Shown: positions 25,902-35,563, counted from the first letter of the stretch. The stretch is DNA of 64,000 bases from a virus (IMGVR_UViG_3300047160_010630:44001-108000); one strand, 5' to 3'. Program-made: numbers and translations. The notes: generated by a model from the letters alone, not told the origin.

Positions 25902-26007
25902 CGGCTTCCTCTTCCTTGCGCACGAAGGCGACGGCAGATCCGTTTCCGGACCCGTTGCCGCCGCCTTCGCTCTGATCGATCGGCAGGCTCAACCTACCAT
26001 GTGCGGA

Positions 26008-26388
26008 TCATCGGGTGAAGAGCCGACGCTCCGCGACCAGCTGGTCGTTCGGCGCCCGCGAGTCGATCGTCTTGACCACGGGCAGCTGTCCCAGCAGGTG
26101 CTCCCGCTCCAGCTCGGCCTCGGTGGGAGGCTCGAACACCCGGGGAAGCTCCAGCATGTCCAGAAGCTCGTGGTGGGCGGCCTCGTCCAGCTCCACGCGC
26201 CGGGCGTAGGCGTTGACCACCTGGGCGGCCACGCGCGACGCAAGGCTGTGGGCGGCCAGGTCGGCCGCGTAGAGATCCCCGTGCGTGCCGTCCTTGGTGG
26301 TGCCGTCCAGGACGTTCTCCTGCGGTTCCTCGGCCGGGAAACGGCCGAGGCCGGTCTCAGCGAGACCGGCCTCAGTGGAATTGTCCAT
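26008..26388 (-). CDS. Hypothetical protein
   Basis: ORF with RBS, in the operon. Confidence 0.6.
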   Translation of the reverse strand: MDNSTEAGLAETGLGRFPAEEPQENVLDGTTKDGTHGDLYAADLAAHSLASRVAAQVVNAYARRVELDEAAHHELLDMLELPRVFEPPTEAELEREHLLGQLPVVKTIDSRAPNDQLVAERRLFTR

Positions 26389-26389
26389 G

Positions 26390-27517
26390 TCAGTTGTCCT
26401 TCCCCAGGATCTTGTCGAACTTCGCGAAGTTGCTTCGGAACACCTTCAGGGTCTTCTGGAGCTGGTCGCGCTCCTTCTTGACCTCCTCCAGCTCGGCCCG
26501 CAGCGCGGCCAGCTCGGAGTCCTTGGCGTCCAGGCTGGCCTGGACGTCGGCCTGGACCTGCTCCTCCAGCGTGCGGAGCATGGCCAGCAGGCTCGTCACG
26601 TTGGTGATGTGCTCGCCGAGCGACAGGCCGTCGGGGTCGACGGCGACCTCGTCGGCGGCGGCGGCGGGCGTCTCGGTCAGCTCGGCAACCACCTTCTCGC
26701 GCGCCTGCTCGGCCCGGGAGGCCAGGTAGTACTTGGTGTAGAACTGGGACGACCCGAACACGATCAGGTCGGACATTGAGCTTTCCGCCAGGTGCTCCAC
26801 GGTCTTGCGGGTCCGGTTGCGGGTGGCGCGCGGGTCGGCCTCCTGGGCCTTCTCGATGAAGTAGTAGACCGACTCGGGGCCCTTCGCCTCCTTCGCGACC
26901 GTCAGGACCAGGTCGGCCAGGTCGTCGTCCGAGAGCTTGCCCGGCGGGAGGTCCACCCGGCTGCCGTCGTCCTTGATGCGGAAGGCGTGCGCCCGGAACT
27001 CGTGGGAGGCGCGGATCTGCGGGAGGGTGCTGATGGTGCGGCACCCCGGCTCCCGGCAGGGGTAGGGCGTGCCGGTGCTGGTCTCGGACATGCGGTTCTC
27101 TTCCTTTTCCTCGGGTTCCTGCGTGTTCTTGCTGGTGACCGTCAGTCCGGCCCAGTGCTTGGCGACCCACCACAGGGCCTGGCCCCCACGGATGGCCCGG
27201 CGACGGCAGACCAGGGTCTTCGTCACCCGGTGGTACTCGTTGACGGCGAGCTTGATCTCCTGGATCTTCTCCCTGTCCTCGCGGTAGCTGTCCTTCGACT
27301 CCGGCCAGATGTCGGAGATGACCGAGTTGACGGCGCCCTGCCACATGTAGCCGGGTCGGCCGTCCATGTAGGGCTGGGTGGCCTTGGCCTTGTTGACGCG
27401 GTTCAGCACGGCGAACCAGACGAACTGGGCCGTGGCCGCGATGCCTTCCGGACTGTCGTCCAGGAAGTCGGGCACGGAGCCCGCGTCGATGTGTGCTGTG
27501 TCCTTGAAGCTTGGCAT
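26390..27517 (-). CDS. Hypothetical protein with a C2H2-like zinc finger and a C-terminal coiled coil
   Basis: YPCREPGC...SHEFRAH; ELAALRAELEEVKKERDQLQ; promoter TTGACA-N17-TACAGT. Confidence 0.7.
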   Translation of the reverse strand: MPSFKDTAHIDAGSVPDFLDDSPEGIAATAQFVWFAVLNRVNKAKATQPYMDGRPGYMWQGAVNSVISDIWPESKDSYREDREKIQEIKLAVNEYHRVTKTLVCRRRAIRGGQALWWVAKHWAGLTVTSKNTQEPEEKEENRMSETSTGTPYPCREPGCRTISTLPQIRASHEFRAHAFRIKDDGSRVDLPPGKLSDDDLADLVLTVAKEAKGPESVYYFIEKAQEADPRATRNRTRKTVEHLAESSMSDLIVFGSSQFYTKYYLASRAEQAREKVVAELTETPAAAADEVAVDPDGLSLGEHITNVTSLLAMLRTLEEQVQADVQASLDAKDSELAALRAELEEVKKERDQLQKTLKVFRSNFAKFDKILGKDN

Positions 27518-27604
27518 GGTGTTCTTCCTTGTTCCTCGTTCCTGATGCATCCGACTGTACCGGGGTGCTGAATGACTGTCAACACCCCGGACTGTCGTGG
27601 TGGA

Positions 27605-28210
27605 TCAGAGAGTGCGGACCACGGCGAGGGCAACGCCCAGGTCGTCGTCGACAGCGGATGCCTGCGCCAGCATGCGCTGGGCGGGGATGCTGACCTTGCC
27701 GTCCGCGCCTTCGCGGATCTTGGCCAGGACATCGGCGGGGGTGGGGCACTCGGAGACCTGCGGGAGATCGACCTCCGTGACCACGAACTCCGGGAGCGCG
27801 CTGCGGCCGAAGGGCCCGGCAGGGCGGCACTCGGTGCAGGGCTCGGCGTCGTCCGACAGGTCCTCGCTGGGGATCTCGTCGCCGTTGGAGGCCCCCTTGC
27901 ACACCTTCTTGTCCGCACGGTGGTGCTCGCTGTCCGTGCGGTGGAAGACGTCACTGCATCCGACGACCTCCAGGATGTACAGTCCCGTGTTGGAGCCCTC
28001 GGTGACGCGGTACAGGGTCATGTCCGTCCATCGGGCGAACCGGGCCGTGGCCTTGGTGGACGCCGTGCCGAGCATGACTCCGGTGAACTCCAGGTCGTCC
28101 ATGCCGATGGGGGTCTCGACCTTGTACTTCTTGGGGGTGGGCTTGCGCCGCTGCGACCTCGTGCGGGTGGCCGTGGGGGGCACGGCCTTGAACGGGTCAT
28201 TATGGGTCAT
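27605..28210 (-). CDS. Hypothetical protein
   Basis: RWTDMTLYR..GLYIL; Cys pairs; AGGAA leader. Confidence 0.7.
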   Translation of the reverse strand: MTHNDPFKAVPPTATRTRSQRRKPTPKKYKVETPIGMDDLEFTGVMLGTASTKATARFARWTDMTLYRVTEGSNTGLYILEVVGCSDVFHRTDSEHHRADKKVCKGASNGDEIPSEDLSDDAEPCTECRPAGPFGRSALPEFVVTEVDLPQVSECPTPADVLAKIREGADGKVSIPAQRMLAQASAVDDDLGVALAVVRTL

Positions 28211-28331
28211 AAGGATGTGCTTCCTCTCGTCTGTTCCTCGTTCCTATGCTAGCAGATCTTGGTCGAACTACTAGGCCTGGACGAGTACAGCATGAAGGAC
28301 CCGACCCCTTGGTGTCAACGGGCCGGGTCCT

Positions 28332-28601
28332 TCACTGGGGGGTCTTGCGCGGGCGCCCCCGGCCGCGCTTCTCGCCGGGGGCCAGCGTCGTCCCTTTCCG
28401 GTAGCTCGGCTGGAGGTGCTGGTGGTCGGAGCGGTGCTTGGAGGGGTAGAGCGTCAGGGTCCACCACTGGGCGCCGCAGTCCAGGTCCATGCACGGGCCG
28501 AAGTCGACCTTGGGCCGGTTCAGCTTGACCCATCCGCACTGCTCGCACACGGCGGTGACGCAGTACGCGCACGGGAACTTGCGGATGGGCTTGGTGGGCA
28601 T
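28332..28601 (-). CDS. Zinc-binding protein with a C-terminal AT-hook
   Basis: CAYC..CEQC..C....C; KRGRGRPRK. Confidence 0.7.
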   Translation of the reverse strand: MPTKPIRKFPCAYCVTAVCEQCGWVKLNRPKVDFGPCMDLDCGAQWWTLTLYPSKHRSDHQHLQPSYRKGTTLAPGEKRGRGRPRKTPQ

Positions 28602-28610
28602 GGTGAAAGG

Positions 28611-28862
28611 CTACCCCAGGTAGTGGGCAATCAGCTCGTCCGTCGTCAGCTGCTCCAGCTTGCCGATCTCCTGGGACATCTTGTAGTCGGCGACGAACGC
28701 GAGGATGTCCTTGAGGGGGATCTCGATGTAGCCTTGGTCCCTGCTGTCCCGGAGCTTGTCGAAGTCGTTCTCGTAGATCCGCAGTCCGTTGCTGCGGTCC
28801 CCGTGGGTGACGTAGGTGACGCCCGACTCCGGGCCCTCGAACATGTGCATGATCTTCCTCAT
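28611..28862 (-). CDS. Hypothetical protein
   Basis: Coupled ORF. Confidence 0.65.
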   Translation of the reverse strand: MRKIMHMFEGPESGVTYVTHGDRSNGLRIYENDFDKLRDSRDQGYIEIPLKDILAFVADYKMSQEIGKLEQLTTDELIAHYLG

Positions 28863-29179
28863 TCCTCGGTAGGGGTATGCAGGGAGGCCTGGATCGCGCG
28901 GACCTCGTCCATGTCCTTGGACGCGTCGCCGACGTGGACCAGGTGGTGGCCCAGACGGCGGTGCTCCCCGGCCTGGATCGCGTCCAGCATGCGCTGGCCG
29001 ATCAGCTGGCCGTGCTCGTCCACGACGTGGAAGTGGCCGTGGACGTCCGGCTTCACCAGCTCGGCGGGGACGACCAGCCAGTCCTTGTCGCGCAGGGGCT
29101 GGACCTCGCTGTCGGCGAGCTGGAACGGCGTGCCGATGGGGCCCTTGTCGCCCCGCATGAAGTACCAGCGCTTGTCCAT
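28859..29179 (-). CDS. Hypothetical protein
   Basis: Promoter TTGACA-N18-TAGAGT and AGGAAGAAGGAA leader. Confidence 0.7.
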   Translation of the reverse strand: MDKRWYFMRGDKGPIGTPFQLADSEVQPLRDKDWLVVPAELVKPDVHGHFHVVDEHGQLIGQRMLDAIQAGEHRRLGHHLVHVGDASKDMDEVRAIQASLHTPTEE

Positions 29180-29243
29180 CGGTTCCTTCTTCCTGCTGTT
29201 CGGTGCCTCACTCTAGGAAGGGGCACGCACAGCTGTCAAGGCG

Positions 29244-29441
29244 TCAGTCCCTGAGCGGGAGGACGTAGATCCCGCCGTCGCGGCGGATGGCCTCCTGGAC
29301 GGTCTCCTCCTCGCGGGCCTGGCGCAGCGCCTCGGAGATGTCGGTGGTGACGACCACCGTCAGCTCCCGGCCGCCGTGGTCGGTGACCAGGAAGGCCTCC
29401 ACGGGGCTGGGGCGGCGAGTCTTCTGCTTGGCCTGGGGCAT
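29244..29441 (-). CDS. Small hypothetical protein
   Basis: AAGGA RBS; MPQAKQK... Confidence 0.5.
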   Translation of the reverse strand: MPQAKQKTRRPSPVEAFLVTDHGGRELTVVVTTDISEALRQAREEETVQEAIRRDGGIYVLPLRD

Positions 29442-29596
29442 CGGCGCGTTGTCCTTATTGTCTGTAGGTGCTGTGCGACAGGACGCTACCACGGGAGATC
29501 GCCTCGACCAAGAAGACCTTGGGGCTGGACGCCGGTCCACCGGAACTGATACTGTGTGAGCACGCCGGAGGAACCGGCCAGGAAGAAGGAAACAGC

Positions 29597-29776
29597 GTGA
29601 GCATGGAGCAGGGCGAGTGGCTCGCCGACATGGCCAGCCAGAACAGCATCGTGATCGAGCGGGCGGAGCGCGGTGAGCACGCCGCCGGGTACCCGACCAG
29701 CCCTTCCGTGGAGCTTCTCAAGAACGAGGCGGCGGAGCTGTCCGCCCGCGCCGCCGACCTGTTGGCCGACGAGTAG
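29597..29776 (+). CDS. Small hypothetical protein (first gene of the rightward arm)
   Basis: TGGACG...TACTGT promoter and AGGAA leader. Confidence 0.6.
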   Translation: MSMEQGEWLADMASQNSIVIERAERGEHAAGYPTSPSVELLKNEAAELSARAADLLADE

Positions 29777-29791
29777 AAGGAGAGAGCCGCC

Positions 29792-30049
29792 ATGGGGATC
29801 TTCAGCAGGGGCGGCAGTGGGCCGTCCGAGCCCGCGCAGCCTACCGGCGGTGCGGACGGCCGGGGCACGGCGAAGCCGCAGGAGGCGCCGCACATGGCGC
29901 CGTTCGAGCGGATCGACTACACCGACAAGGGCGGCACGCCCGCCAGCGAGGTGTCCTACACCGCTGTGGACACCGACAGCCGGGTGGAGACCATCGCGCA
30001 GGGCGGCGGCACGAACATCTCCGTCAGCCCGTTCAAGCGCAACCGCTGA
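29792..30049 (+). CDS. Small hypothetical protein
   Basis: AAGGAG RBS. Confidence 0.65.
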   Translation: MGIFSRGGSGPSEPAQPTGGADGRGTAKPQEAPHMAPFERIDYTDKGGTPASEVSYTAVDTDSRVETIAQGGGTNISVSPFKRNR

Positions 30050-30080
30050 CCACCCGCTCCACGACCAGGAAGAAGGAACG

Positions 30081-30320
30081 ATGCCCGAGATCGCGGTCTG
30101 CATCCTCTACACCCGCACCACCGAGGAGAACGTCACCCGCACGCTCGACATCCCGCAGGAGGTGCTGGACCGCACCAAGGGCGAGGACGGCGAGGAGCTG
30201 GATGACGTCCTCCACGAGTACCTCACCGACCACGAGGAGCTGTGGGACCTGAACGACGACGAGGCCGAGGTGACCAACGAGGAGATCACCTCGATCGACG
30301 AGATCGAGATCATCGAGTAG
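30081..30320 (+). CDS. Small, highly acidic protein
   Basis: About 27 D/E versus 4 K/R in 79 aa. Confidence 0.7.
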   Translation: MPEIAVCILYTRTTEENVTRTLDIPQEVLDRTKGEDGEELDDVLHEYLTDHEELWDLNDDEAEVTNEEITSIDEIEIIE

Positions 30321-30406
30321 TACGCTGGTGCCGGACGGCGCGGGCGCACCGCGTCGTCCGGTCCCTGACCCGACCCGGAAACAGAATGATACGAACCGAG
30401 GAACAC

Positions 30407-31297
30407 ATGACCAACGAAACGTCGCCCGAGCTGGCGGACGCGCCCAAGCTGGACACCGTCCGGATCACCCCGGAGATGGCGGTGGAGATCCTCAACCGCC
30501 GCAACACGCACAACCGGCAGGTCCGCCGGTCGCACGTCGAGAAGCTGGCCCGCGACATGGTCAGCGGCAAGTGGCGGGTCAACGGCGAGGCGATCAAGGT
30601 CGCCAAGGACGGGACCGTCCTGGACGGCCAGCACCGCCTGCTCGCCGTCGCCGCCAGCGGTGTCGCCATCTGGACGGTGTACGTCGCCGACCTGGACCCC
30701 GACACCCAGTACACCATGGACGCCAACCTGAAGCGGTCCAACGGCGACCACTTCCGCCTCATCGGCGAGTCCGACGCGTTCGCGCTGGCTGCCATCCTGC
30801 GCGCCGCCTGGCAGTGGGACAACGGCGACCAGGGGTTCAGCACCCACATCCACCCCACCCAGTCCGACCTGGCGGTCTTCCTGACCGCGAACCCCGGCAT
30901 GCGCCGCTCGGTGGAGGTCGCCGGGCGCGCCTACCGGGACTTCCGCTTCCTCAGCAAGACGGCCTACGGGGTCGCGCACCACATCATCAGCCAGGTGGAC
31001 GAGCACGACGAGCACTGGCCCGAGTTCTTCGCCCGGCTGGGCGACGGTGCCGAGGTGAGCACCGGCAACCCGATCCACACGATGCGCAAGCGCACCATGT
31101 CGGACCGGGACGAGCGCAACCGCAAGCGGCTCACGCTCGGCAACCAGATCGGGTACATCACCTACACCTGGAACCGGTGGCGGGACTACGTGGAGACGGG
31201 CAAGACGCTCCTCAAGTTCGCCTACAACAGCGCCGACGGCGTCCCGCTGCCCGTCAAGCCGCTCCAGGTGCGGCAGGGGGAGCTGGACAGCGACTGA
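30407..31297 (+). CDS. ParB-like (DGQHR) protein
   Basis: NTHNRQVRRSHVEKLARDM..GKW...LDGQHRLLA. Confidence 0.85.
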   Translation: MTNETSPELADAPKLDTVRITPEMAVEILNRRNTHNRQVRRSHVEKLARDMVSGKWRVNGEAIKVAKDGTVLDGQHRLLAVAASGVAIWTVYVADLDPDTQYTMDANLKRSNGDHFRLIGESDAFALAAILRAAWQWDNGDQGFSTHIHPTQSDLAVFLTANPGMRRSVEVAGRAYRDFRFLSKTAYGVAHHIISQVDEHDEHWPEFFARLGDGAEVSTGNPIHTMRKRTMSDRDERNRKRLTLGNQIGYITYTWNRWRDYVETGKTLLKFAYNSADGVPLPVKPLQVRQGELDSD

Positions 31298-31375
31298 GGT
31301 CACGTTCTCCGGGAACGGCTGTGGTTCCGGCACGGCCGTTCCCGGGCAGGTCTGCACCCCACCAGAAAGGACATC

Positions 31376-31921
31376 ATGGGCGACCCCCTGAACCTGACCC
31401 GCGCCATGCGCACGGCGTACGACTTCATCCAGGCCAACGGCTACGCGACCGGCGCGCATCCGGCCGTGTCCGAACCGACGGCCCAGGCACTGCGCAACCG
31501 TGGCCTGGTCGAGATGTACCACGTCCCGACCGGTCACAAGAACACCACGGCCTGGGTGGTCATCCCGCTCGGCAAGCCGAAGCCGAAGAAGGTGGAGCTG
31601 CCGCACATCACGGTGGCTGCCCCTGCCACGGTGAGCAAGGTGCTCGGACTCGGCAAGGACGCCAGCGACAAGCCGCTGGTGCGTGCCCGCAGTGTCAGAG
31701 AACTCAGCAGCAACAGCTCGCAGTGCGGCGGGTACGCCGTGGCGACGTCCAGCACCAGGGGCGAGGTGATCGTCTCCTATGTCACCCCGGACGACATGAA
31801 CCTGGCCACCGTCCTGCGGGTGCGTCCCGAGATGCTGAAGCGCTACGCCGAGGTGCTGCGCGCGGCGCAGTACGAGGTCCGGGAGGACGCGATGTACAGC
31901 GTCCTGTTCGTCAGCAAGTAG
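31376..31921 (+). CDS. Hypothetical protein
   Basis: GAAAGGA RBS. Confidence 0.7.
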   Translation: MGDPLNLTRAMRTAYDFIQANGYATGAHPAVSEPTAQALRNRGLVEMYHVPTGHKNTTAWVVIPLGKPKPKKVELPHITVAAPATVSKVLGLGKDASDKPLVRARSVRELSSNSSQCGGYAVATSSTRGEVIVSYVTPDDMNLATVLRVRPEMLKRYAEVLRAAQYEVREDAMYSVLFVSK

Positions 31922-31934
31922 GAAGGAGGAACAG

Positions 31935-32675
31935 ATGAGCGACGGCACCTCGCTCGGGGACCGTATGAAGGCGTACGAACGGCCGTACCGGCAGCTTCTT
32001 CCGCGTCGTACGTACACGATCATTCGGGTGGACGGTCGGGCCTTCCACAGCCTGCTGAAGCATGCCAAGCGGCCGTACGACGCCGACGTCATGGCGTGCA
32101 TGGACTACGTCGCCCTGAGCCTGTGTGAGGAGGTCCAGGGCGCCCGGCTGGCCTTCGTGCAGTCCGACGAGGTCAGTGTTCTGCTCACGGACTTCGAGAG
32201 CACCGGCACCCAGCCGTGGTTCGGCGGGGTCCTGGCCAAGATGGTGTCCGTCAGCGCCTCCATCGCGACGCTGGAGTTCAACGACTTCGCCGGTGACCTC
32301 GGGCTGGACCTGCCGGACCTGGCCCAGTTCGACTCGCGGGTCTTCACCGTCCCGGACCCGGTGGAGGTGGCGAACTCCTTCATCTGGCGCCAGCAGGACG
32401 CCACCCGCAACAGCATCCTCATGGCCGGGCAGTCCGTGTTCTCCCGCAAGGAACTCCAGGGGAAGAACACGAACGAGATCCAGGAGATGCTGTGGCAGCA
32501 GCACGGCATCAACTGGAACGACTACCCGGAAGGCTTCAAGCGCGGCCGGGTGTGCATCCGCCAGGAGGACGCTCCGACCGGCTGGGCAGTCGTGGCAGCT
32601 CCGGTCTTCAAGGCGGAGCCGGGCACGTTCCTGGCGGACGTGATCCCGCCGATGCCGTCCCTGCACGGCGAGTAA
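31935..32675 (+). CDS. Thg1-like tRNA(His) guanylyltransferase / 3'-5' RNA polymerase
   Basis: DRMKAYE, IIRVDGRAFH, QSDEVS, FDSRVF, WRQQDATRNSI, GINWND...FKRG. Confidence 0.93.
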   Translation: MSDGTSLGDRMKAYERPYRQLLPRRTYTIIRVDGRAFHSLLKHAKRPYDADVMACMDYVALSLCEEVQGARLAFVQSDEVSVLLTDFESTGTQPWFGGVLAKMVSVSASIATLEFNDFAGDLGLDLPDLAQFDSRVFTVPDPVEVANSFIWRQQDATRNSILMAGQSVFSRKELQGKNTNEIQEMLWQQHGINWNDYPEGFKRGRVCIRQEDAPTGWAVVAAPVFKAEPGTFLADVIPPMPSLHGE

Positions 32676-32715
32676 CCTGTACGGGAGTCCGGTGAGATCG
32701 GGCTCCCGTACAGGT
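32675..32715 (+). terminator. Hairpin terminator followed by a promoter (TTGACG-N17-TATTGT, 32717-32745)
   Basis: ACCTGTACGGGAG...CTCCCGTACAGGT. Confidence 0.65.
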
Positions 32716-32791
32716 GTTGACGACTGATGGTGGGTCATGTATTGTTTTCCTTGTCAGCAGGAAACAGGAACCAGGAATGAAGGAGGCCGAC

Positions 32792-33640
32792 ATGGCCAGC
32801 AAGAAAATCACCTACACCGCCCCCAACGGCGAGACCACGACCAGCACCACCAAGAAGACCCACGCCATCATGGGCTTCAACCCGAAGACCCCGTGGGTCG
32901 ACCCCTACATCATCTCCCGCCACGGCCGCCTCCAGCTGGCCCTGGACGCCAAGGAGAAGGGCACCAAGATCCCCGACGGTGTACGCACCATCGTCGCCCC
33001 GCTCACCGACGACGGCACCCGCGACGAGGTGTGGGCCGAGCGCGTTGCGGAGCTGCGCCACCCGGAGGACATGGAGGACGTCGCGGAACTGCACATCGAC
33101 TTCGTCGAGCAGAAGGTGGGGCGGTGGCAGGAGATCCTGACCGCCTCCGAGATGTGGGCGCCGTCCACCCAGGAGGACAAGGAGAAGAAGGCCAAGACCA
33201 TGGCCTTCGAAGAGAAGAAGCTGGCCGAGGCTCGGGAGGAGCTGGCCGCCGTCCGCTCGCTGTACGCTCTCGACCTGCTGGCCAAGGCCGTCGAGGAGCA
33301 GATCGTCGCCGAGCCCGCGCCGGTCGCGAAGGCTCCGAAGCCGAAGAAGGCGCCGAAGACCCGGCGCGGTCCGGCCAAGACCCGGTTCATCAAGGAGGTG
33401 GCCGACCTGATCCGTGGCGAGGACGGCGGCCCGCAGTCCCCGCAGCCGGTCGTCAACGGGCGCACCGTCTCCACCGGCCACCGGGTGACCGTGGAGCGCG
33501 ACGTGAACGGCCGTCACACGGCGCTGATCGTCCGTGACGGCAACGGCGACTTCTTCGAGTTCCGCTGCCCGTTCACCGCCGACAACGCGGGCAAGATCGC
33601 CACCCAGATCTGGGGCCTCATGGAGACCATGGGCCTGTAG
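32792..33640 (+). CDS. Hypothetical protein
   Basis: Strong promoter, AGGAA leader and AAGGAGG RBS. Confidence 0.75.
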   Translation: MASKKITYTAPNGETTTSTTKKTHAIMGFNPKTPWVDPYIISRHGRLQLALDAKEKGTKIPDGVRTIVAPLTDDGTRDEVWAERVAELRHPEDMEDVAELHIDFVEQKVGRWQEILTASEMWAPSTQEDKEKKAKTMAFEEKKLAEAREELAAVRSLYALDLLAKAVEEQIVAEPAPVAKAPKPKKAPKTRRGPAKTRFIKEVADLIRGEDGGPQSPQPVVNGRTVSTGHRVTVERDVNGRHTALIVRDGNGDFFEFRCPFTADNAGKIATQIWGLMETMGL

Positions 33641-33681
33641 TTTTCACGGCACTGTCCCGGAGCAATGGAGGTAGTTGAAAA

Positions 33682-34020
33682 ATGGATTACCTGGCCGCAC
33701 AGAAGATGCTGAAGCACGTCGTGGACATCACCAACGACCGCTACCGCTACGTGCGGGTCGAGCGGAAGGCCCTGCTCGCCTACCTGGAGGAGCAGGACCG
33801 CCTACGCGCCCTGCTCACCGATATGCACACCACCATGGGACGCCTCCAGTTCGCCGCCCTCCACGTGAGCGGCCACGTGGAGACGCTCAACACCCAGCTG
33901 GACCGGACCGCGCCCGGCTGGAAGCCGCCCGTGGAGCCCGTGGAGTGCGAGTGCGGCATCGAGTGGAAGACCGGCATCATGGGGCCGGGACACAACAACA
34001 TCGACTGTGTCAGGCACTGA
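33682..34020 (+). CDS. Hypothetical protein
   Basis: GGAGG RBS. Confidence 0.6.
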   Translation: MDYLAAQKMLKHVVDITNDRYRYVRVERKALLAYLEEQDRLRALLTDMHTTMGRLQFAALHVSGHVETLNTQLDRTAPGWKPPVEPVECECGIEWKTGIMGPGHNNIDCVRH

Positions 34021-34042
34021 CACCGAAACAGGAAGAAGGAAC

Positions 34043-34351
34043 ATGGACACCGCCAGTTTCGTCGCAGGGGTGGTCGGCACGACCGCCGTGTCCCTGGGCG
34101 GCTTCGTGATCGGCACGGTCAAGGAGCGTCGTCGCCGACCGCGCCCCGAGCCGCGCCCCGAGCCGGAGATCTGCCTGTGCACGCACGGCGCCAACGTCCA
34201 CGACGCCAAGGGCTGCCACGCCGAAGGCAGGAAGCGCGTCACGGCCATCGACCGGCACAACGCGACCGAGACGTACGTCTTCGACGAGTGCACCTGCATT
34301 CGGTACGTCGGCCCGAACTCCACCTACATCCCGGAACTCAGCGACTCTTGA
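34043..34351 (+). CDS. Membrane-anchored Zn-binding protein
   Basis: N-terminal TM; CLCTH..H...C; CTCIRYVGP. Confidence 0.65.
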   Translation: MDTASFVAGVVGTTAVSLGGFVIGTVKERRRRPRPEPRPEPEICLCTHGANVHDAKGCHAEGRKRVTAIDRHNATETYVFDECTCIRYVGPNSTYIPELSDS

Positions 34352-34410
34352 CGGCCACCTGACGATCTGTCATCCTGGTACCAGGAACACGGAAGAAGGA
34401 AGAGGACACC

Positions 34411-34737
34411 ATGCTCCAGGGCAAACCCGTCGTCATCATGCCCAACGTCGTCAGCCGCATCCTCGGATCCCACGAGGTGGACGGCAAGAAGCTGGGCCGC
34501 GCCCAGGTCCGCAACGGAAAGTACGGACGGGAGGAACTCGGCGGCTTCAAGGTGACGAAGGGCTCCGGCTACGCCTACGTCGCCGTGCGCTACATCGCGC
34601 CCGACGACATGCACGAGGACCAGGTGGAGGAGACCCGCAACCACTTCCTCACCCTCTACGCCGAGATCCTGGAGGCGCACGGCCTCACCGTACGCCGGAC
34701 CGCCTACGGCCTGTCCGTCCGCAAGCCCGAGAACTAA
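34411..34737 (+). CDS. Hypothetical protein
   Basis: Promoter TTGACG-N17-CATCCT; AGGAA leader. Confidence 0.7.
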   Translation: MLQGKPVVIMPNVVSRILGSHEVDGKKLGRAQVRNGKYGREELGGFKVTKGSGYAYVAVRYIAPDDMHEDQVEETRNHFLTLYAEILEAHGLTVRRTAYGLSVRKPEN

Positions 34738-34873
34738 CCCCCACTGCTGCCCGGCGGCGCGTCTGCGGTGTGCCGCCGGGCCTCCCGCTCGGTGAAGGTC
34801 ATCCTTGCTCGTCGGGGGGGACGTGATCACACCGGGCGGGATAGGATTCAGGAAACAGGAAGAAGGAATTACG

Positions 34874-35101
34874 ATGAAGCCCGGCAAGTACTTCAGCATC
34901 CTCACGTTCATCTGGGGCCGGACGCACTACATCGTCACCCGAGACTTCACGGTGCGCGTGGACGTGTCGCGCAGTGACCTGTTCGACGACGTCAAGCGGG
35001 ACGCCTCGGAGTTTCTTTACACGAAGACGGGGATCCGCCCCGACCCGGAGTACATGATCGTCCTGTTCCACAGCTTCGAGTACGACGAGGCCCTGTCCTG
35101 A
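34874..35101 (+). CDS. Hypothetical protein
   Basis: AGGAA leader. Confidence 0.6.
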   Translation: MKPGKYFSILTFIWGRTHYIVTRDFTVRVDVSRSDLFDDVKRDASEFLYTKTGIRPDPEYMIVLFHSFEYDEALS

Positions 35102-35118
35102 GGAAAGAGGAAGAGGAA

Positions 35119-35307
35119 ATGACGCACACGAACGACGGCCCTTTCGGCCCCCACTACGACGGCCTGGTGGAGTTCGTCCACCACCAGATCGAGGACTACC
35201 TCAGCGTCAGCAACGCCTACACCGACGCCGACACGGTCGACCTGGCGGACAACATCGCCCTCTCGATGCTCAACGCGTACGACATCGCCCCCAAGGACCA
35301 GAGGTAG
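35119..35307 (+). CDS. Hypothetical protein
   Basis: AGGAA leader. Confidence 0.6.
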   Translation: MTHTNDGPFGPHYDGLVEFVHHQIEDYLSVSNAYTDADTVDLADNIALSMLNAYDIAPKDQR

Positions 35308-35311
35308 AGGA

Positions 35312-35518
35312 GTGCTCAACATGACCGACAGCCCGTACGACCAGCGGGTCCGGCTTCACGGCGGTGCCGACGTCCACGGCGCGGCCGGGGGAGGCGAGGT
35401 CACCACCTACGGGCACACCGCCTGCGACCTGACGGTCATCAGCGCGGACACCCGGCTCGACCCGTCCACGCCGGTCACCTGCACGCCGTGCGCCCGCACC
35501 ATGGCGAACGACGCCTAG
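35312..35518 (+). CDS. Small Zn-ribbon-like protein
   Basis: TAC...VTCTPC. Confidence 0.55.
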   Translation: MLNMTDSPYDQRVRLHGGADVHGAAGGGEVTTYGHTACDLTVISADTRLDPSTPVTCTPCARTMANDA

Positions 35519-35563
35519 TTCACACCGTCCGTCCGGAAACCGCCCCAAAAAAGGAAAGAAATC

